From positions 4,864,001 to 4,928,000 of the forward strand of contig CM000153.2 in NCBI GenBank assembly GCA_000004695.1: a DNA stretch of 64,000 nucleotides, read 5' to 3'. The notes beneath the pieces were generated by a model. The model saw nothing but the letters and a program-made list of their open reading frames with translations, did not search any database and had not been told where the DNA came from. Source of the DNA: Dictyostelium discoideum (taxonomy: Eukaryota). Made by a program: the position numbers and the translations under genes. Shown here piece after piece: positions 40,262 through 52,137 of this stretch (its first letter is position 1; each line of letters opens with the position of its first letter).

Positions 40262-40440
40262 GTGTCTAAAATTGGTAATCAAGACTTTGGTACTCAACTA
40301 AGTTACAACAATCAAGAGGCATTCTTGATAAAAGATTTTTGGGAGTACATTTGGTCTTGAGTTTTACTGATGAAATTAAAAGTATAACTCTTGAACATGT
40401 TGAAGTATTTAATTAGAAAATTAGGTTTAAATGTTCAGAC
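40262..40440 (+). pseudogene. Degenerate partial copy of exon 1 of the downstream gene at 40757
   Basis: Frameshifted translations VSKIGNQDFGTQLS…AF and LVLSFTDEIKSITLEHVEVFN* parallel VSTIGNPEFDAATK…GIL and LVFSLKNDIKSITIDQVEVFN of the 40757 gene. Shared nucleotide strings include aggcattctt(g/a)ataa and gttgaagt(a/t)tttaat. It sits in an unusually non-AT-rich island with no ATG-initiated intact ORF. Confidence 0.5.
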
Positions 40441-40756
40441 AATAATTGAAAATTTGGTCTAATAAAAACATGGTATCTTAAATTCAGGTTCTTATTACTC
40501 AAAGTATTAAAAAAATTACTTTCGCCATTAATTTTTTTTTTAAATATTTTTTTTTTTTTTTCAAAAAACTACATAAAATTTTTTAAAAAATATTTAATGA
40601 CGAAATTGGATTTAAAATTTTAAATCCCATTTTTTTTTTTTTTTTTAAAAAACCCAACTTTTATTTTAAAATTTTTCATGGTTTAATGAAAATTTTAAAA
40701 AAAAAATTTTATTTAAAATATTCATTTTTTTTTTTTCATTAAATTTTTAAAAAAAA

Positions 40757-41377
40757 ATGGAAAGTATTATAAACCAATTGAATAATCTAACTGTGTCAAC
40801 AATCGGTAATCCAGAATTTGATGCTGCCACTAAAGCCAATGACGCAAAAGGCATTCTTAATAATCATTATACTGGAAAAGATTTGGTATTTAGTTTGAAA
40901 AATGATATTAAAAGTATTACGATTGACCAAGTTGAAGTTTTTAATAGAGAATTAAGAGATGTAAAGGAACAAATTCTAAATTTTGTCCAATCAGAACATG
41001 GTATTATAAATGTAGGTCCTCGTTATAAAAAGTATAGAAAAATTAGAAATAAAATCAGAATTAAAGTTGGTAAGTACTTTTATATATACACCAACATTAA
41101 AATATCATTAATAATATTAAAATCCAAATTCCAATCAAATTTTATAGGCACAGTAGCAGCCGATCCAGAACTCACTCAACAACAAAAAAATGTTATAATT
41201 TATGTCCTTTTACCAATTTATAACTTGCCAGATTATGATAGAAATTATAACCCAGATAAAGGTGGAGGTGAAAAAACATTCTCAAAGATGTTGCTTAATG
41301 TCGCTGTTATGCACTCAAAATCAAAATTTGAATATGTAGATGGTTATTATTCTTTTCACCAAGAGACATTAATTTGA
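40757..41377 (+). CDS. Hypothetical protein, about 180 aa. Exons 40757-41069 and 41148-41377, separated by an in-frame 78-nt intron.
   Basis: GTAAGT donor at 41070 and TATAG acceptor at 41147. The intron is stop-free in frame, so the ORF track also reads it through. No family recognised. Confidence 0.5.
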   Translation: MESIINQLNNLTVSTIGNPEFDAATKANDAKGILNNHYTGKDLVFSLKNDIKSITIDQVEVFNRELRDVKEQILNFVQSEHGIINVGPRYKKYRKIRNKIRIKVGKYFYIYTNIKISLIILKSKFQSNFIGTVAADPELTQQQKNVIIYVLLPIYNLPDYDRNYNPDKGGGEKTFSKMLLNVAVMHSKSKFEYVDGYYSFHQETLI

Positions 41378-41653
41378 AATTAATATGAAATTGGTATTTT
41401 ATCTACGCAAATTAATTTCAAATTGATTTCATAAAAATAAATAAAATTATATTTATCACTTTTAAATTTTTTATAGTATTTTGAATTCCAGTTCAGGGAA
41501 AAAAGATTTTTTTTTTTTTTGGGTATCACCCATCCTTATCCATTAGCTAAATAATAATAAAATTTTCCAGATAAAGTAAAAACACTAATTTTGTTATTAA
41601 TCTTTATTTTATTTTGTTTTATTTTATTTTATTTTATTTTTTAAAAAAAGTAT

Positions 41654-42589
41654 TTAATGAAAACCTATTTGTTTTTTCAAATTAACAATTCTTTGATTCT
41701 TTTCTCTACTTCTTTTATTACTAAACCAATTATTACGTTGATATTTTGAAAGATCAATTAAAGCAGAGATGATTATTTTTTCATCCTCATTTGGATAAGG
41801 ATGATCTGAATGATTTTTAAAGTAGTCAGAGATGAATGATTTATATTGATCATTTAAAGTTCTACGATTCTTTTTATCACTAATACTACAGCCACCACCA
41901 TTTGTAAAGTCGTCAGTGAAAGTATTTGAGAAACCATGTTGGTGATCCATTGATTGTGGTCTCATCTGATAGATGAAATCAAATGATAAACATTTCTGAT
42001 GAGCGATTATCAATGTGAAAAAACCATGAATATGATTTCTTTGGGCCTTCAAATCCGATCGATCCAACAATGGTGATCTAACGGTGGTAGATAATTGTTG
42101 AATGGATTTCATGATTTCCAATGATTCAGATTTGGTTGTATTGATTTTAGTAATCTCAAAATTGAAATCCTTTTTCAACTTTTCAATATTTGCTTTAATT
42201 AATGGATTCTTTAATTCTATTCTCTCTTGAGTTATATAATTATCCAATGATGGATTCAAAGTTTTATACTTTAAATATGAGAAATCTTTTGAACCACGAA
42301 TACCCAACTCTTCATTAACAACTGATTCACCTGTGAATTCATTAATAAAATTGAATGATTTCTCTCTAATCCATTGAAATTTTGAATTCTTTTCTAAAAA
42401 ATGTAATTTTTGTTTAATTGATTTAATTCTATCATTTATAATTTCATAATAATTATCACCAATTATTATTGATTCATTTTTAAATTGATTATTATTATTA
42501 TTATTATTGTTATTATTATTATTTTCTTCATCATAACTATCATTTCCATTACAATTATCATTATCATCTTCTTCTTCCTCCTCCTCTTC

Positions 42590-42621
<32 letters not shown>

Positions 42622-43160
42622 TATTATTATTGTCTTTATTATTTTGTTTAAAGTTTTGATATTGTTGGTATGGTTGATAATTTTGATATTCTTCCCCACT
42701 TTCATCATCACCAGATTCATCAATATAATTATTACAATTTTGTTTTTTATATATTTGTTGTTGTTGTTGTTGTTGTTGTTGTGAGGTTTGTTGGAATGTT
42801 TTATTATTATTGTTATTATTGTTTTCATAACCATAGTCTCTATGTTGTTTATTAATATAGGTTTTATTACTATTACTATTATTATTATTAGGATTATTAT
42901 TAGGTTTATTATTATTATTATTATTACAAGGATTATTATTGCTAATATTATTATAATTATTATTATTATTGTTATTGTTGTTATTATTATTATTATAATT
43001 AACTTGGTTGTAATTATTTCTTGTAATTGGTTGGTTGAAATCAAAATATTTATTATTTAGATTTTGAAATGATGGGGAAGAAGAAATTGGAGGTAATCCT
43101 TGGGAAACCATTATTTTTTTAGTTGGTCTATTATAAGGATTATTATTATTATTATTATTA

Positions 43161-43206
<46 letters not shown>

Positions 43207-44357
43207 GATATGAAGCTTCTTTTCTTTTTAGTTGTTGAGATTGAGGTTGAGATTGAAGTTGAGGTTGAAGTTGAGGTTGAGGTTGAGGTTGAGGTTGAAG
43301 TTGTTGAGATTGAGATTGAGATTGAGGTTGCTTAGTTCCAATGTATTGTTGTGTGGGAATGATTGGTACAGAAGAATTCATTGGTATTGGGAATTGATTA
43401 TAATAGAGACCATGTTGATGCTGTTGATGTTGATAGAAAGAGTTATTATTGTAATTATAATTATTATTATTATTATTATGATTGCCATTACCATTACCAT
43501 TGCCATTGCCATTAGCATTTAATTGATGATATAATTGACAGATATTTTGTTGATATTGTTCATTATAAGTGTAGCCTAAGAATGAAAGAGCAGTTTGATG
43601 ATGTATCGTTGGTTGTAATGATGGTGGTGTAGCTGTTGTTTGAATAGTTGTTATTGGTGTCATTACACTTGGTGGTGGAGTTGATGCTGGTACTACAGTT
43701 GATGATGATGATAGTGGTGTTGATGGTGGTGGTGGTTGTACAATTGTCATTGCTGAAGATTGTGCTTGATGTGGTAACATTAAATAGTTTGTTGATGAAT
43801 TTAAATTATCATCATTAGTAATTAATGATGATGTTGTTGCCACTACAGGTGATGGAGTTACTATCATTGGTTGTACTAGTAGTGATGAGGATGAAGGTGG
43901 TGGCGTTGGTGGTGTTGCTTGAACTGATGGTGTTGATAATGTATTTGAACTACTACCAATAATATTATTACAACCATTATTTGAATTTTGAATATTTAAA
44001 GCTGATCCATGTGGTGGTGTTGATGTTGGTGTTGGTGTTGGTGCACATCTCTCTTCATTTACTGTTGTCAATGTTGTTTCTGTGGTATTGTTTCCATTGT
44101 GACCTGTATTACTACAACAATTAATGTTTATATTGTTATTACTGTTATTATTATTACAATAAAATGATGCTAATTGATAAAAAAAAAAAAAAAAATTAAA
44201 AAAAAATTAAAAAAAAATAAAAAAATTAAAAAAATAAATAAAAAATAAAAAACATCAGTTAAACTTTTTTATTTTTTTTTATTATGAAATGCGTAATGTG
44301 AATGTAAAAAATATAAAATATAAAATACATACTATTATTATTTGCTGTTGATGTCAT
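41654..44357 (-). CDS. TALE-class homeobox transcription factor, about 850 aa and heavily low-complexity. Proposed exons: 44357-44333 (micro-exon) and 44169-41654.
   Basis: C-terminal homeodomain KKNRRTLNDQYKSFISDYFKNHSDHPYPNEDEKIIISALIDLSKYQRNNWFSNKRSREK. The HPYP-x-E-x-EK three-residue loop insertion and NWF-x-N-x-R are TALE signatures. The listed ORF starts at a TTG. An upstream ATGACATCAACAGCAAATAATAATA plus GTATGT donor, joined in phase 1 to a TTAG acceptor at 44171-44170, is proposed as exon 1, with lower confidence. Confidence 0.65.
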
Positions 44358-45096
44358 TTACAAAATATTTTTATTATGGTTTGAAGTTTTTTTTTTTTTT
44401 TTTGATTATTATTTTATATTAAAAAAAAAAAGAGAGAAAAGAAAAACGACTTTTTTTTTTTAAAGAGTGTGAATAAATCTAAAGAAAATTATATCCTATT
44501 TTTAGTGCATATCTTTGAATGGGTGGTAAAAGTTGCCATTGTTTTTTTAATATGGAAAAGAGTAGGTTATTGGATTTTGGTTATTTGTGCATTTTATTTG
44601 ATATATTTTTAAATCAAATTTGGTTTTGTTTTTTTTTTTTGAAATTTTTTTTTTTTTAATTTTTTTTTTTTTTTTTTTTTAATTTTTTAAGGGGTCCTGC
44701 AAACATTTTTTTTATTTTTTCTTTTTTTTTTTTTTATACACATCCAAACACAAACTGCACTACACATACCTAAAAATCAAAATCAAAAAAAAAAAAATAA
44801 AAAATATCTCGCGATATATTTTTATTTTTAATTTAAGAAACAAAAAAAAATAAAAAAAAAACCTTAAAGGAATACTTGTATATAATTTGTAATAATAGAA
44901 TATTTTTTTTTGTTTTCTATACTATAAAGAATAATTTGTACATTAAAGAACTATAACAAAATAATATGTAATAATACAGAAAAAAAAATAAAAAATAAAA
45001 AATAAAAAATAAAAAATAAAAAATAAAAAACAAACAACAAAAATACATAATAATAATAGAAAAAAAAAAAAAAAATAAAATTTTATAACATAAAAG

Positions 45097-46016
45097 ATGT
45101 ACTACAACCAGCAACAGCAACAACTACAACAACCACAACAACACCAACAATTATTACATATTGAAAGATCATCACCAGTATTTTCATCAGCATCATCTAA
45201 TCATTCAACTACAAGTGGTGGTGGATTTAATAATAATAATAATGGCAATAATAACTATTATAACAATAATGGAGCAAGTAGTAGTAGTATACAACAAAGT
45301 GAAACATCAATAGATACACATTTATTTGTATCACCACCACCAACTACATTAGTATGTCCATTACATAATGGTATTTTCAATCAACCATTCATAGCAAAAT
45401 GTGGACATACCTTTTGTTTTAGTTGTATATTTAAACCACATGCAAATTCAACCTCACCAAATCAATCACCTATAAACTCAAGTAATAGTACAAGTACAAA
45501 TGAATTATTAAAATGTTTAAATAATATATCAATATCTCATCAATCAGGTAATAATAATAATAATAATAATAATAGTAATAATAATAGTAATAGTAATATA
45601 GCGAATAATCAAAATAATACACAGCAACAGCAACAACAACCACAACAAAATATATTTAATAATAATACAAATATAATGATATGTCCAATTGATAAAATGT
45701 CATTAAGAGAATATGAATTCTTTCCAAATTTAGCATTATCAAGTCAAATTAATGATTTATTAATCTATTGTAGGTGGGGTATAAAAAAGAGTTCAATCAA
45801 TGGTGAATTAGTACAGGATGATCAAGGTTGTCAACAAAAGATAAAATTAGGTTTAAGAATTGATCATGAAAATGTTTGTGAACATGCAATTATACCATGT
45901 CCATATAATAGATCATGTCAACCTTTAAAAAGGTTTCAATTAAAACAACATACATTGTTTGTATCTCAAAATTAATTAGTTACCATTATTATAGTTTATT
46001 AAAATTTTTTTTACTA

Positions 46017-46101
<85 letters not shown>

Positions 46102-47357
46102 TATTATTTTTATTTTTATGATAAAAAAATAGAATATGTAATCATATACATTGTAATCATAGATCAGCAGGATGTACATTTGAAGGTACAAAACAACAAT
46201 TAGAGGATCATTTACAAGGTTGTGTTTATGAAAGTATTAAAGATTATATACAGAGGAATGAAGAACAAATCAATACATTAAGATTACATTTAGAGGAGAA
46301 GACAACAGAGAATGATTTCTTGAAAAAGAGTATAGTACAATTGACAGCAGGTTTCAATCAGTTGGCAATGAAATTAGAAGCGAAAACCAATAAATTCGAG
46401 GGTACAATGAGACATATTCAAGCGAGTTTAGAGGCAACACAACATCAACTATCAGAGACAGTTTATGATTTAAATATAATTAAAAAGAATTCCAATTTGG
46501 AGAGTGTGGATATAGTGGATTTGAAAATACCACAATTGAAATGTAAAGGTACGTTCGTGGGTCATAATGGCCCCATTTGGTGCATGACTGTCACAAATGG
46601 TATGTTAATTAGTGGTAGTTCCGATATGAAGGTAAAGATATGGGATTTGGTGACCTTGAAATGTAAGCAAGTCCTATCGGGCCATGAGGGTATAGTCCAT
46701 ACGTTGGCTGTCATTGGCAATAGGTTGTTCTCGGGCTCCTCTGATCAAACCATTCGAGTTTGGGATTTGGAGACCTTTGAATGTCTATCAGTACTCAGGG
46801 ATGATAATACAGTGTGCGCTTTGGTTATTGCTGCTGGTTACCTTTTCTCAGGCTCATTTCAGCATATCAAAGTTTGGGATTTGGAAACATTTGAATGTGT
46901 TCAAACTTTAAAGGGTAATAGTCATTGGGTGCGTGCTCTGACCGTTAGTGGTGGTTATTTGTATAGTGGTGCTTATAATGTTGTCAGGGTTTGGGATTTG
47001 GCAAATTTCGAGTGTGTTCAAACAATTCCTGGTGGTAGTGGTAGTATATATTCTTTGGCCGTTTCAAATCGTAGATTATTGGCTGGAACTTATGAAAATA
47101 CTATTGTGGTTTGGAATTTAGATACTTTTGAAATCATTAACAAGTTGGAAGGTCACATTGGAGCTGTCTATACTTTGGCTGTTTCTGATAAAAAGTTTTA
47201 TAGTGGTTCTTATGATTCAACCATTAAAGTTTGGAATGATTCTTTAGTTTGTGTTCAAACTTTAAATAGGCATACATCTTCAGTTGAATCAATAGTTGTT
47301 AGTAGTGGTTGTGTTTTTTCTGGTTCTGCTGATAATTCTATAAAAGTTTGGAAATAA
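45097..47357 (+). CDS. TRAF7-like E3 ubiquitin ligase (RING finger, TRAF-type zinc fingers, coiled coil, 7 WD40 repeats). Two exons: 45097-45956 and 46133-47357.
   Basis: RING C-x2-…KCGHTFCFSC…CPIDK. TRAF-type zinc finger …CQPLKRFQLKQH…CNHRSAGCTFEGTKQQLEDHLQGC. Then a coiled coil and repeated …GHNGPIWCM…SGSSD.TIKVWDL… WD40 blades. The intron has a GTTTGT donor (phase 2, non-canonical and weak) and a TAG acceptor at 46130-46132, and contains a (TAA)n run. It is the only phase-compatible solution found. Confidence 0.65.
46015..46110. repeat. (TTA)n microsatellite inside the TRAF7-like intron
   Basis: Seen directly. Confidence 0.9.
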
Positions 47358-47559
47358 AAAAAAAAAAAATAAAAAAAAAAAATAAAAAAAATTAAAAAAT
47401 TAAAAACCATAATATTAATATTATAAAATATCTTTTTTTTTTATTTTTTTTTTTACTTTTGAAATATAAAAATGATTAAACCACAAAATTTGTTATGGGC
47501 AATTATTAAAATTCCTAAAAAAAAAAAATCTAAAAATAAATGTTTTTGTGGGAAAAAAA

Positions 47560-47627
47560 AAAAAAATTAGGGTTGTGGGAAATAAGGGCAAGTTCATGAA
47601 TTTTTTTTTTTTTTGGGGGGGTAGAAG

Positions 47628-47640
<13 letters not shown>
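47560..47640. promoter_or_regulatory. G-rich box upstream of the FNIP-repeat gene
   Basis: gggttgtgggaaataagggcaag…tttgggggggtagaagggttttt in an AT-rich spacer, about 110-180 bp upstream of the ATG at 47744. Confidence 0.3.
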
Positions 47641-47696
<56 letters not shown>

Positions 47697-47743
47697 CTCA
47701 CTATAACATTTTAATACCACAAAACTAAATAAAAATAATAATA

Positions 47744-49372
47744 ATGATTGATATCGATAATTCAAATTTATTTTTTAAAATTTTTAGAAATAAATTTTTA
47801 AGAAATCAAATTTTTAAACATTTAAGAAAATTTAATATTTGTCCAAGACTAGTAAAATATAATAGTATTAAACGATTTAAAGAGTGTAAATTTAAAGGTT
47901 ATTTATCAAATGTTTATTACAATTTCAAAGGATTTGAATATTTACCAAATTCAGTTAAATTTTTAAAATTGGGTGATAATTTTTGGACATCAAATTTATT
48001 TATTTTGGAATTAAATAAATTGAAAAATTTTTTACCACAATCATTAACACATTTGGAACTTTCAAATTCATTTTCAAGATATTCAAAATTGAATGGACGT
48101 TCATTCATACCAGAATCAGTTACAAAATTAAATATTGGTGATGGTTTCAATAGAATTATAAGATCTGATGATATACCATTAACTTTAAAATCATTAAAAA
48201 TTGGTAAAACATTTAAAAATTCATTAAATTTAATTGATTGTAAAAATTTAGAAAATTTAGAATTTGTCGAAGAATCACATTTTAATAATATTTTTAATAA
48301 TGATTCGAATAATTTACCACAAAATTTAAAATATTTAAAATTTGGTAATTTATATACAATGGAAATAAAAAATGTTGAATTAAATTTACCAAAAACATTA
48401 ACATATTTATCATTTGGAAGTGGATTTAATTCACCAATTAATTTACAATCATTAATAAATTTAAAAAGTTTAACATTTGAATCAAATTATAAATGTAAAT
48501 TTAGTGTTGGATCATTACCATCAAGTTTAACATACCTTTCAATTAATGGATATGAAAAAGATTTTGAAATTGGTGTATTACCATCAAATTTACAAACTTT
48601 AATTATTAAAAGTTATACTATAACAACTAAACAAAAATTTGAAATTGGTGTATTACCATCATCAATTACAAATTTCACTTTTAATAATCACTATAATACA
48701 TTACATCCATTCCAAAGTGGCGTATTACCATCATCATTGACAAGTTTAGATTTATCTTATTATGAACATCCAATTGATAATTTAATTCTACCATCATCTT
48801 TAACATATTTAGAATTACCAAATAAAGAAGAAAGTAATAAAAGTTGCATTTTGTTAAAACTATTTTCAAATTTAATAAATTTAAAAAGTTTAGTTTGGAA
48901 TTGTAAAGATAAAATACCTCCAAATATATTACCCAAATCATTGTCACAATTTAAAATTATAAATATTAAATATTATCATAAATTTGAATTGGATACTTTC
49001 CCAAGTTCACTTTTATCTCTTTTAATTAATTCACATAATTGCCATGGTTTTGAAGATGGCATTTTACCACAATCATTAAAAAAACTTGAATTAGTTAGTC
49101 ACCTATTTAAAACTCAATTTCAATTAAATTCAATTCCCAAAAATTTAGAAATATTATCACTTTCATATACATCATACCATTATGGATTTAAGAAAAATGA
49201 ACTCCCTACAACTTTAAAACATCTGTCTTTGCCTGAATATTATTCACATTTTATTGATTGTGATTTACCAAATTTGGAATCATTATATATTGGAAAGCGT
49301 TCAGTTGATACTAAATTAAGAAATATAGCTTCAGAAATTGAAGATATTAGTTTTATAAATTTATTTGAATAA
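47744..49372 (+). CDS. FNIP-repeat-containing protein (dictyostelid-specific repeat family)
   Basis: Tandem units of about 22 aa: LP.SLTYLSFGSGFN.PI…LPSSLTYLSINGYEKDF…LPSNLQTLII… Single ORF of 542 aa. Confidence 0.7.
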   Translation: MIDIDNSNLFFKIFRNKFLRNQIFKHLRKFNICPRLVKYNSIKRFKECKFKGYLSNVYYNFKGFEYLPNSVKFLKLGDNFWTSNLFILELNKLKNFLPQSLTHLELSNSFSRYSKLNGRSFIPESVTKLNIGDGFNRIIRSDDIPLTLKSLKIGKTFKNSLNLIDCKNLENLEFVEESHFNNIFNNDSNNLPQNLKYLKFGNLYTMEIKNVELNLPKTLTYLSFGSGFNSPINLQSLINLKSLTFESNYKCKFSVGSLPSSLTYLSINGYEKDFEIGVLPSNLQTLIIKSYTITTKQKFEIGVLPSSITNFTFNNHYNTLHPFQSGVLPSSLTSLDLSYYEHPIDNLILPSSLTYLELPNKEESNKSCILLKLFSNLINLKSLVWNCKDKIPPNILPKSLSQFKIINIKYYHKFELDTFPSSLLSLLINSHNCHGFEDGILPQSLKKLELVSHLFKTQFQLNSIPKNLEILSLSYTSYHYGFKKNELPTTLKHLSLPEYYSHFIDCDLPNLESLYIGKRSVDTKLRNIASEIEDISFINLFE

Positions 49373-49801
49373 AATTAAATAAATAAATAAAAATAAATAA
49401 ATAAATAAATAAATATATAAAAATCTTTACAATTAATTAACTAATTATTTTTTTATTTTTTTATTTTTTTTATTAAATTAATTTTTTTTATACTTTAAAA
49501 TTTAAAAGTGGGGAGTTTTCATTAAACATTGGAAAACCATTATTTATATTATTATAATTACTATTTTTACAACTACCACTACTATTATTTTCATAATATT
49601 CTATACATATTGTCTTTGATGTATAATAGTTTTTATAATAAAATTTAATTGATCTTTTTTCAAACTTTTCATTTAATTCTTTTAAAAATAAATTAAATTT
49701 TAGTTTCCTCTATTTTTTTTTTTTTTTTTTTATTTGTAATTGTTAGTATTAATTTTTAATTTTTATTAATATGTAAAGTTTTTTTTTTTTTTTTTTTTTT
49801 T

Positions 49802-50188
49802 TTAAATTCTAATGGTTACATTTTTAAATTTAAAAATAATTATTAAAATAAATATAATATCAAATATAACAAGTGGTGTTAAAAATCCAATTATTAATGT
49901 TAAAGGTGGATCAATAATTTTAAATGCTATTGATGTAATAACTGTTAAAATTGTACAAACTAATGTTGGAATATAAATTTGAAATGGTAATGGTTGTTTT
50001 AAAATTGTACATTCTTCACTAATATCATTATATTCAGTACGATGGATTAAACAATTATTTAATTCACCATTTGTAGGATAATAATCAAACCTTTTGAATT
50101 TCCCATATTTATTTGTTATTATTTTAAATCCATATAATATAGGTGGTAAAATCTTTTTATTATTAATTTCATCATTTATTACTACCAT
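49802..50188 (-). CDS. Hypothetical small membrane protein (128 aa)
   Basis: Intact ATG ORF with two C-terminal hydrophobic helices. No homology recognised. May be part of a larger spliced gene. Confidence 0.3.
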   Translation of the reverse strand: MVVINDEINNKKILPPILYGFKIITNKYGKFKRFDYYPTNGELNNCLIHRTEYNDISEECTILKQPLPFQIYIPTLVCTILTVITSIAFKIIDPPLTLIIGFLTPLVIFDIIFILIIIFKFKNVTIRI

Positions 50189-50218
50189 TATTTTTTTATT
50201 TTTTTATTTTAATTAAAA

Positions 50219-50249
<31 letters not shown>

Positions 50250-50541
50250 AACAACCAAAAATAAATTTTTTGTTTTTATTAAATTGAAAAAAAATCAAAA
50301 ATCAAAAATATCTAAAAATGATGATGACATAATGAATTTGGAACAAATCAAAAGCTTCCATTTTTAATTTTTTTTTTTTTTTTTTTTTTTTTCAAATTTT
50401 TTTTTTTTTTTTTTTTAATTTTTTTTACAACTACACATATTTATTTTATTTCATTTGCATTTACTTCATCCTACACTTTGTTTTTTTTTTTTTATTTAAT
50501 ATTAATATTTAAATTAAATATAAAAAAAATGAAGGGGATTT

Positions 50542-50578
<37 letters not shown>

Positions 50579-50734
50579 CAAAAAAAAAAACTATAAATAA
50601 CAATGAAAAAAAAAAAATAATATAATTCATTCATTAAGCTTTTCTTTTTATTAAATTATTTATTTAAAGTTATAATTACTATTAATTTATATATATTTAT
50701 AATATTTACAAACACAATTTTCAAAAATATAATT

Positions 50735-51994
50735 ATGAATATTATTAAAATCATTTTTTCATTATCTTTATTAATGATGATGATTTCATCAAGTATTGGT
50801 CAAGGTCAAGGTCAATATTTAAGAATGGATGTATTTGGTGATGACCAATGTAGTAGAGAAACTGTTTATAGTACCAAATGGACTAAATTAAATTTTTGTA
50901 ATGGTCAATTTGTTTATAGATATGTTCCAAATTTAGGTGATGGTAGTAGTACAACAACCACTGGTAATCCATTAACAACTGCAGGTACATTAAGCTCTGT
51001 CGATATCACTTCAATTGTTACTCAAGCTGTTACTCTTGGTATGAGTGGTGCTGGTGGTTTAACCAATTCTGGTCTTTTATCAATTGGTGCTTTAAATGTT
51101 GATAATTTAGTTGACGCAGCTGCTTCACAAAGTGATAATCAAAATAGTGGTACCACTTCACAATCACCATTACCAACATCCGATCCTATCTCATCAGCCA
51201 CTACCACCACTACCATTACCAATAATCCAACAACTACTTCATCATCAATTTTAACCAATTCCGGTTTATTAACAATTGGTGGTACTACTGTTTCAGCAGT
51301 TACTGATTTCGTTACCAGTCTTATTTCATCATCATTAACAAATATTGTTACTACTGGTAATGGTGGTGCCACTACATCAGTTCAAGGTGCTATGGGTAAT
51401 GTTGTTCTATATTATTGTCTTAGTGCTTCAGGTTGTCTTACTCAATGTGTTAGTTTACAAAGTTCACCAGTTGGAATTTGTACAAAGAATAAATTAGATA
51501 ATGTTGTTTACTCTGTTGTTAATGGTACTGATATGATCGTAAAGATTGATAATACCACTAATCCAGGTCCAAACAATGGTTATTGTCAATCCTTTACTTC
51601 TCCATCCGCTTGTGTAACTGATAATAATGAATTAACTCAATATATGAATAATCAATGTGGTAAAGGTATTAAAATCAATTGTACAAGTTCAGTTTACAAT
51701 TCATATAGCTGTGTTGATTCAAGTTGTTTACAATGTTCAAAAATCAGTTCATATCCATTAAATCAATGTAATTTAATAAATTCAACCAGTGGTGTAATGT
51801 TTAAATCATTATTAAAAACTCCAATCACTGAAGAACCAACTCCACTTCCATATTCGTCTTCCTCATCAACTAATGATACTGATTCATCTCAACAATCAAG
51901 TAATTCAAATAATTCATTTTATAATAATAATAATAATAATAATATGATTACAATTATCATCTTCTCCATTTTTTTCATTATTTCAATGATTTAA
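50735..51994 (+). CDS. Secreted Ser/Thr-rich, Cys-rich cell-surface glycoprotein, probably GPI-anchored
   Basis: Signal peptide MNIIKIIFSLSLLMMMISSSIG, a long T/S-rich mucin-like region, a Cys-rich C-terminal domain, and a terminal hydrophobic tail MITIIIFSIFFIISMI following a small-residue omega-like region. Confidence 0.55.
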   Translation: MNIIKIIFSLSLLMMMISSSIGQGQGQYLRMDVFGDDQCSRETVYSTKWTKLNFCNGQFVYRYVPNLGDGSSTTTTGNPLTTAGTLSSVDITSIVTQAVTLGMSGAGGLTNSGLLSIGALNVDNLVDAAASQSDNQNSGTTSQSPLPTSDPISSATTTTTITNNPTTTSSSILTNSGLLTIGGTTVSAVTDFVTSLISSSLTNIVTTGNGGATTSVQGAMGNVVLYYCLSASGCLTQCVSLQSSPVGICTKNKLDNVVYSVVNGTDMIVKIDNTTNPGPNNGYCQSFTSPSACVTDNNELTQYMNNQCGKGIKINCTSSVYNSYSCVDSSCLQCSKISSYPLNQCNLINSTSGVMFKSLLKTPITEEPTPLPYSSSSSTNDTDSSQQSSNSNNSFYNNNNNNNMITIIIFSIFFIISMI

Positions 51995-52137
51995 ATTAAT
52001 ATATAAATTAATAATTATTACTATTGTTTTTCAAAAAAACAAAGAATAATTAAAAATATAAAAAAATATAAAAATATAAAAATAAAAATAACATATATAT
52101 AAAAAGAAAATGTGTTTTAATTTATTTTTATTTTTTT

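Noticed and set aside
42466-43522. Poly-Ile, poly-Tyr and (RL)n ORFs overlapping the homeobox gene
   Set aside because: Alternative-frame or antisense readings of the AAT/ATT/CAA coding repeats of the TALE homeobox gene.
47493-47765. 90-aa minus-strand ORF with a poly-K run
   Set aside because: A poly(T)/(A) homopolymer artefact lying between the TRAF7-like and FNIP genes.
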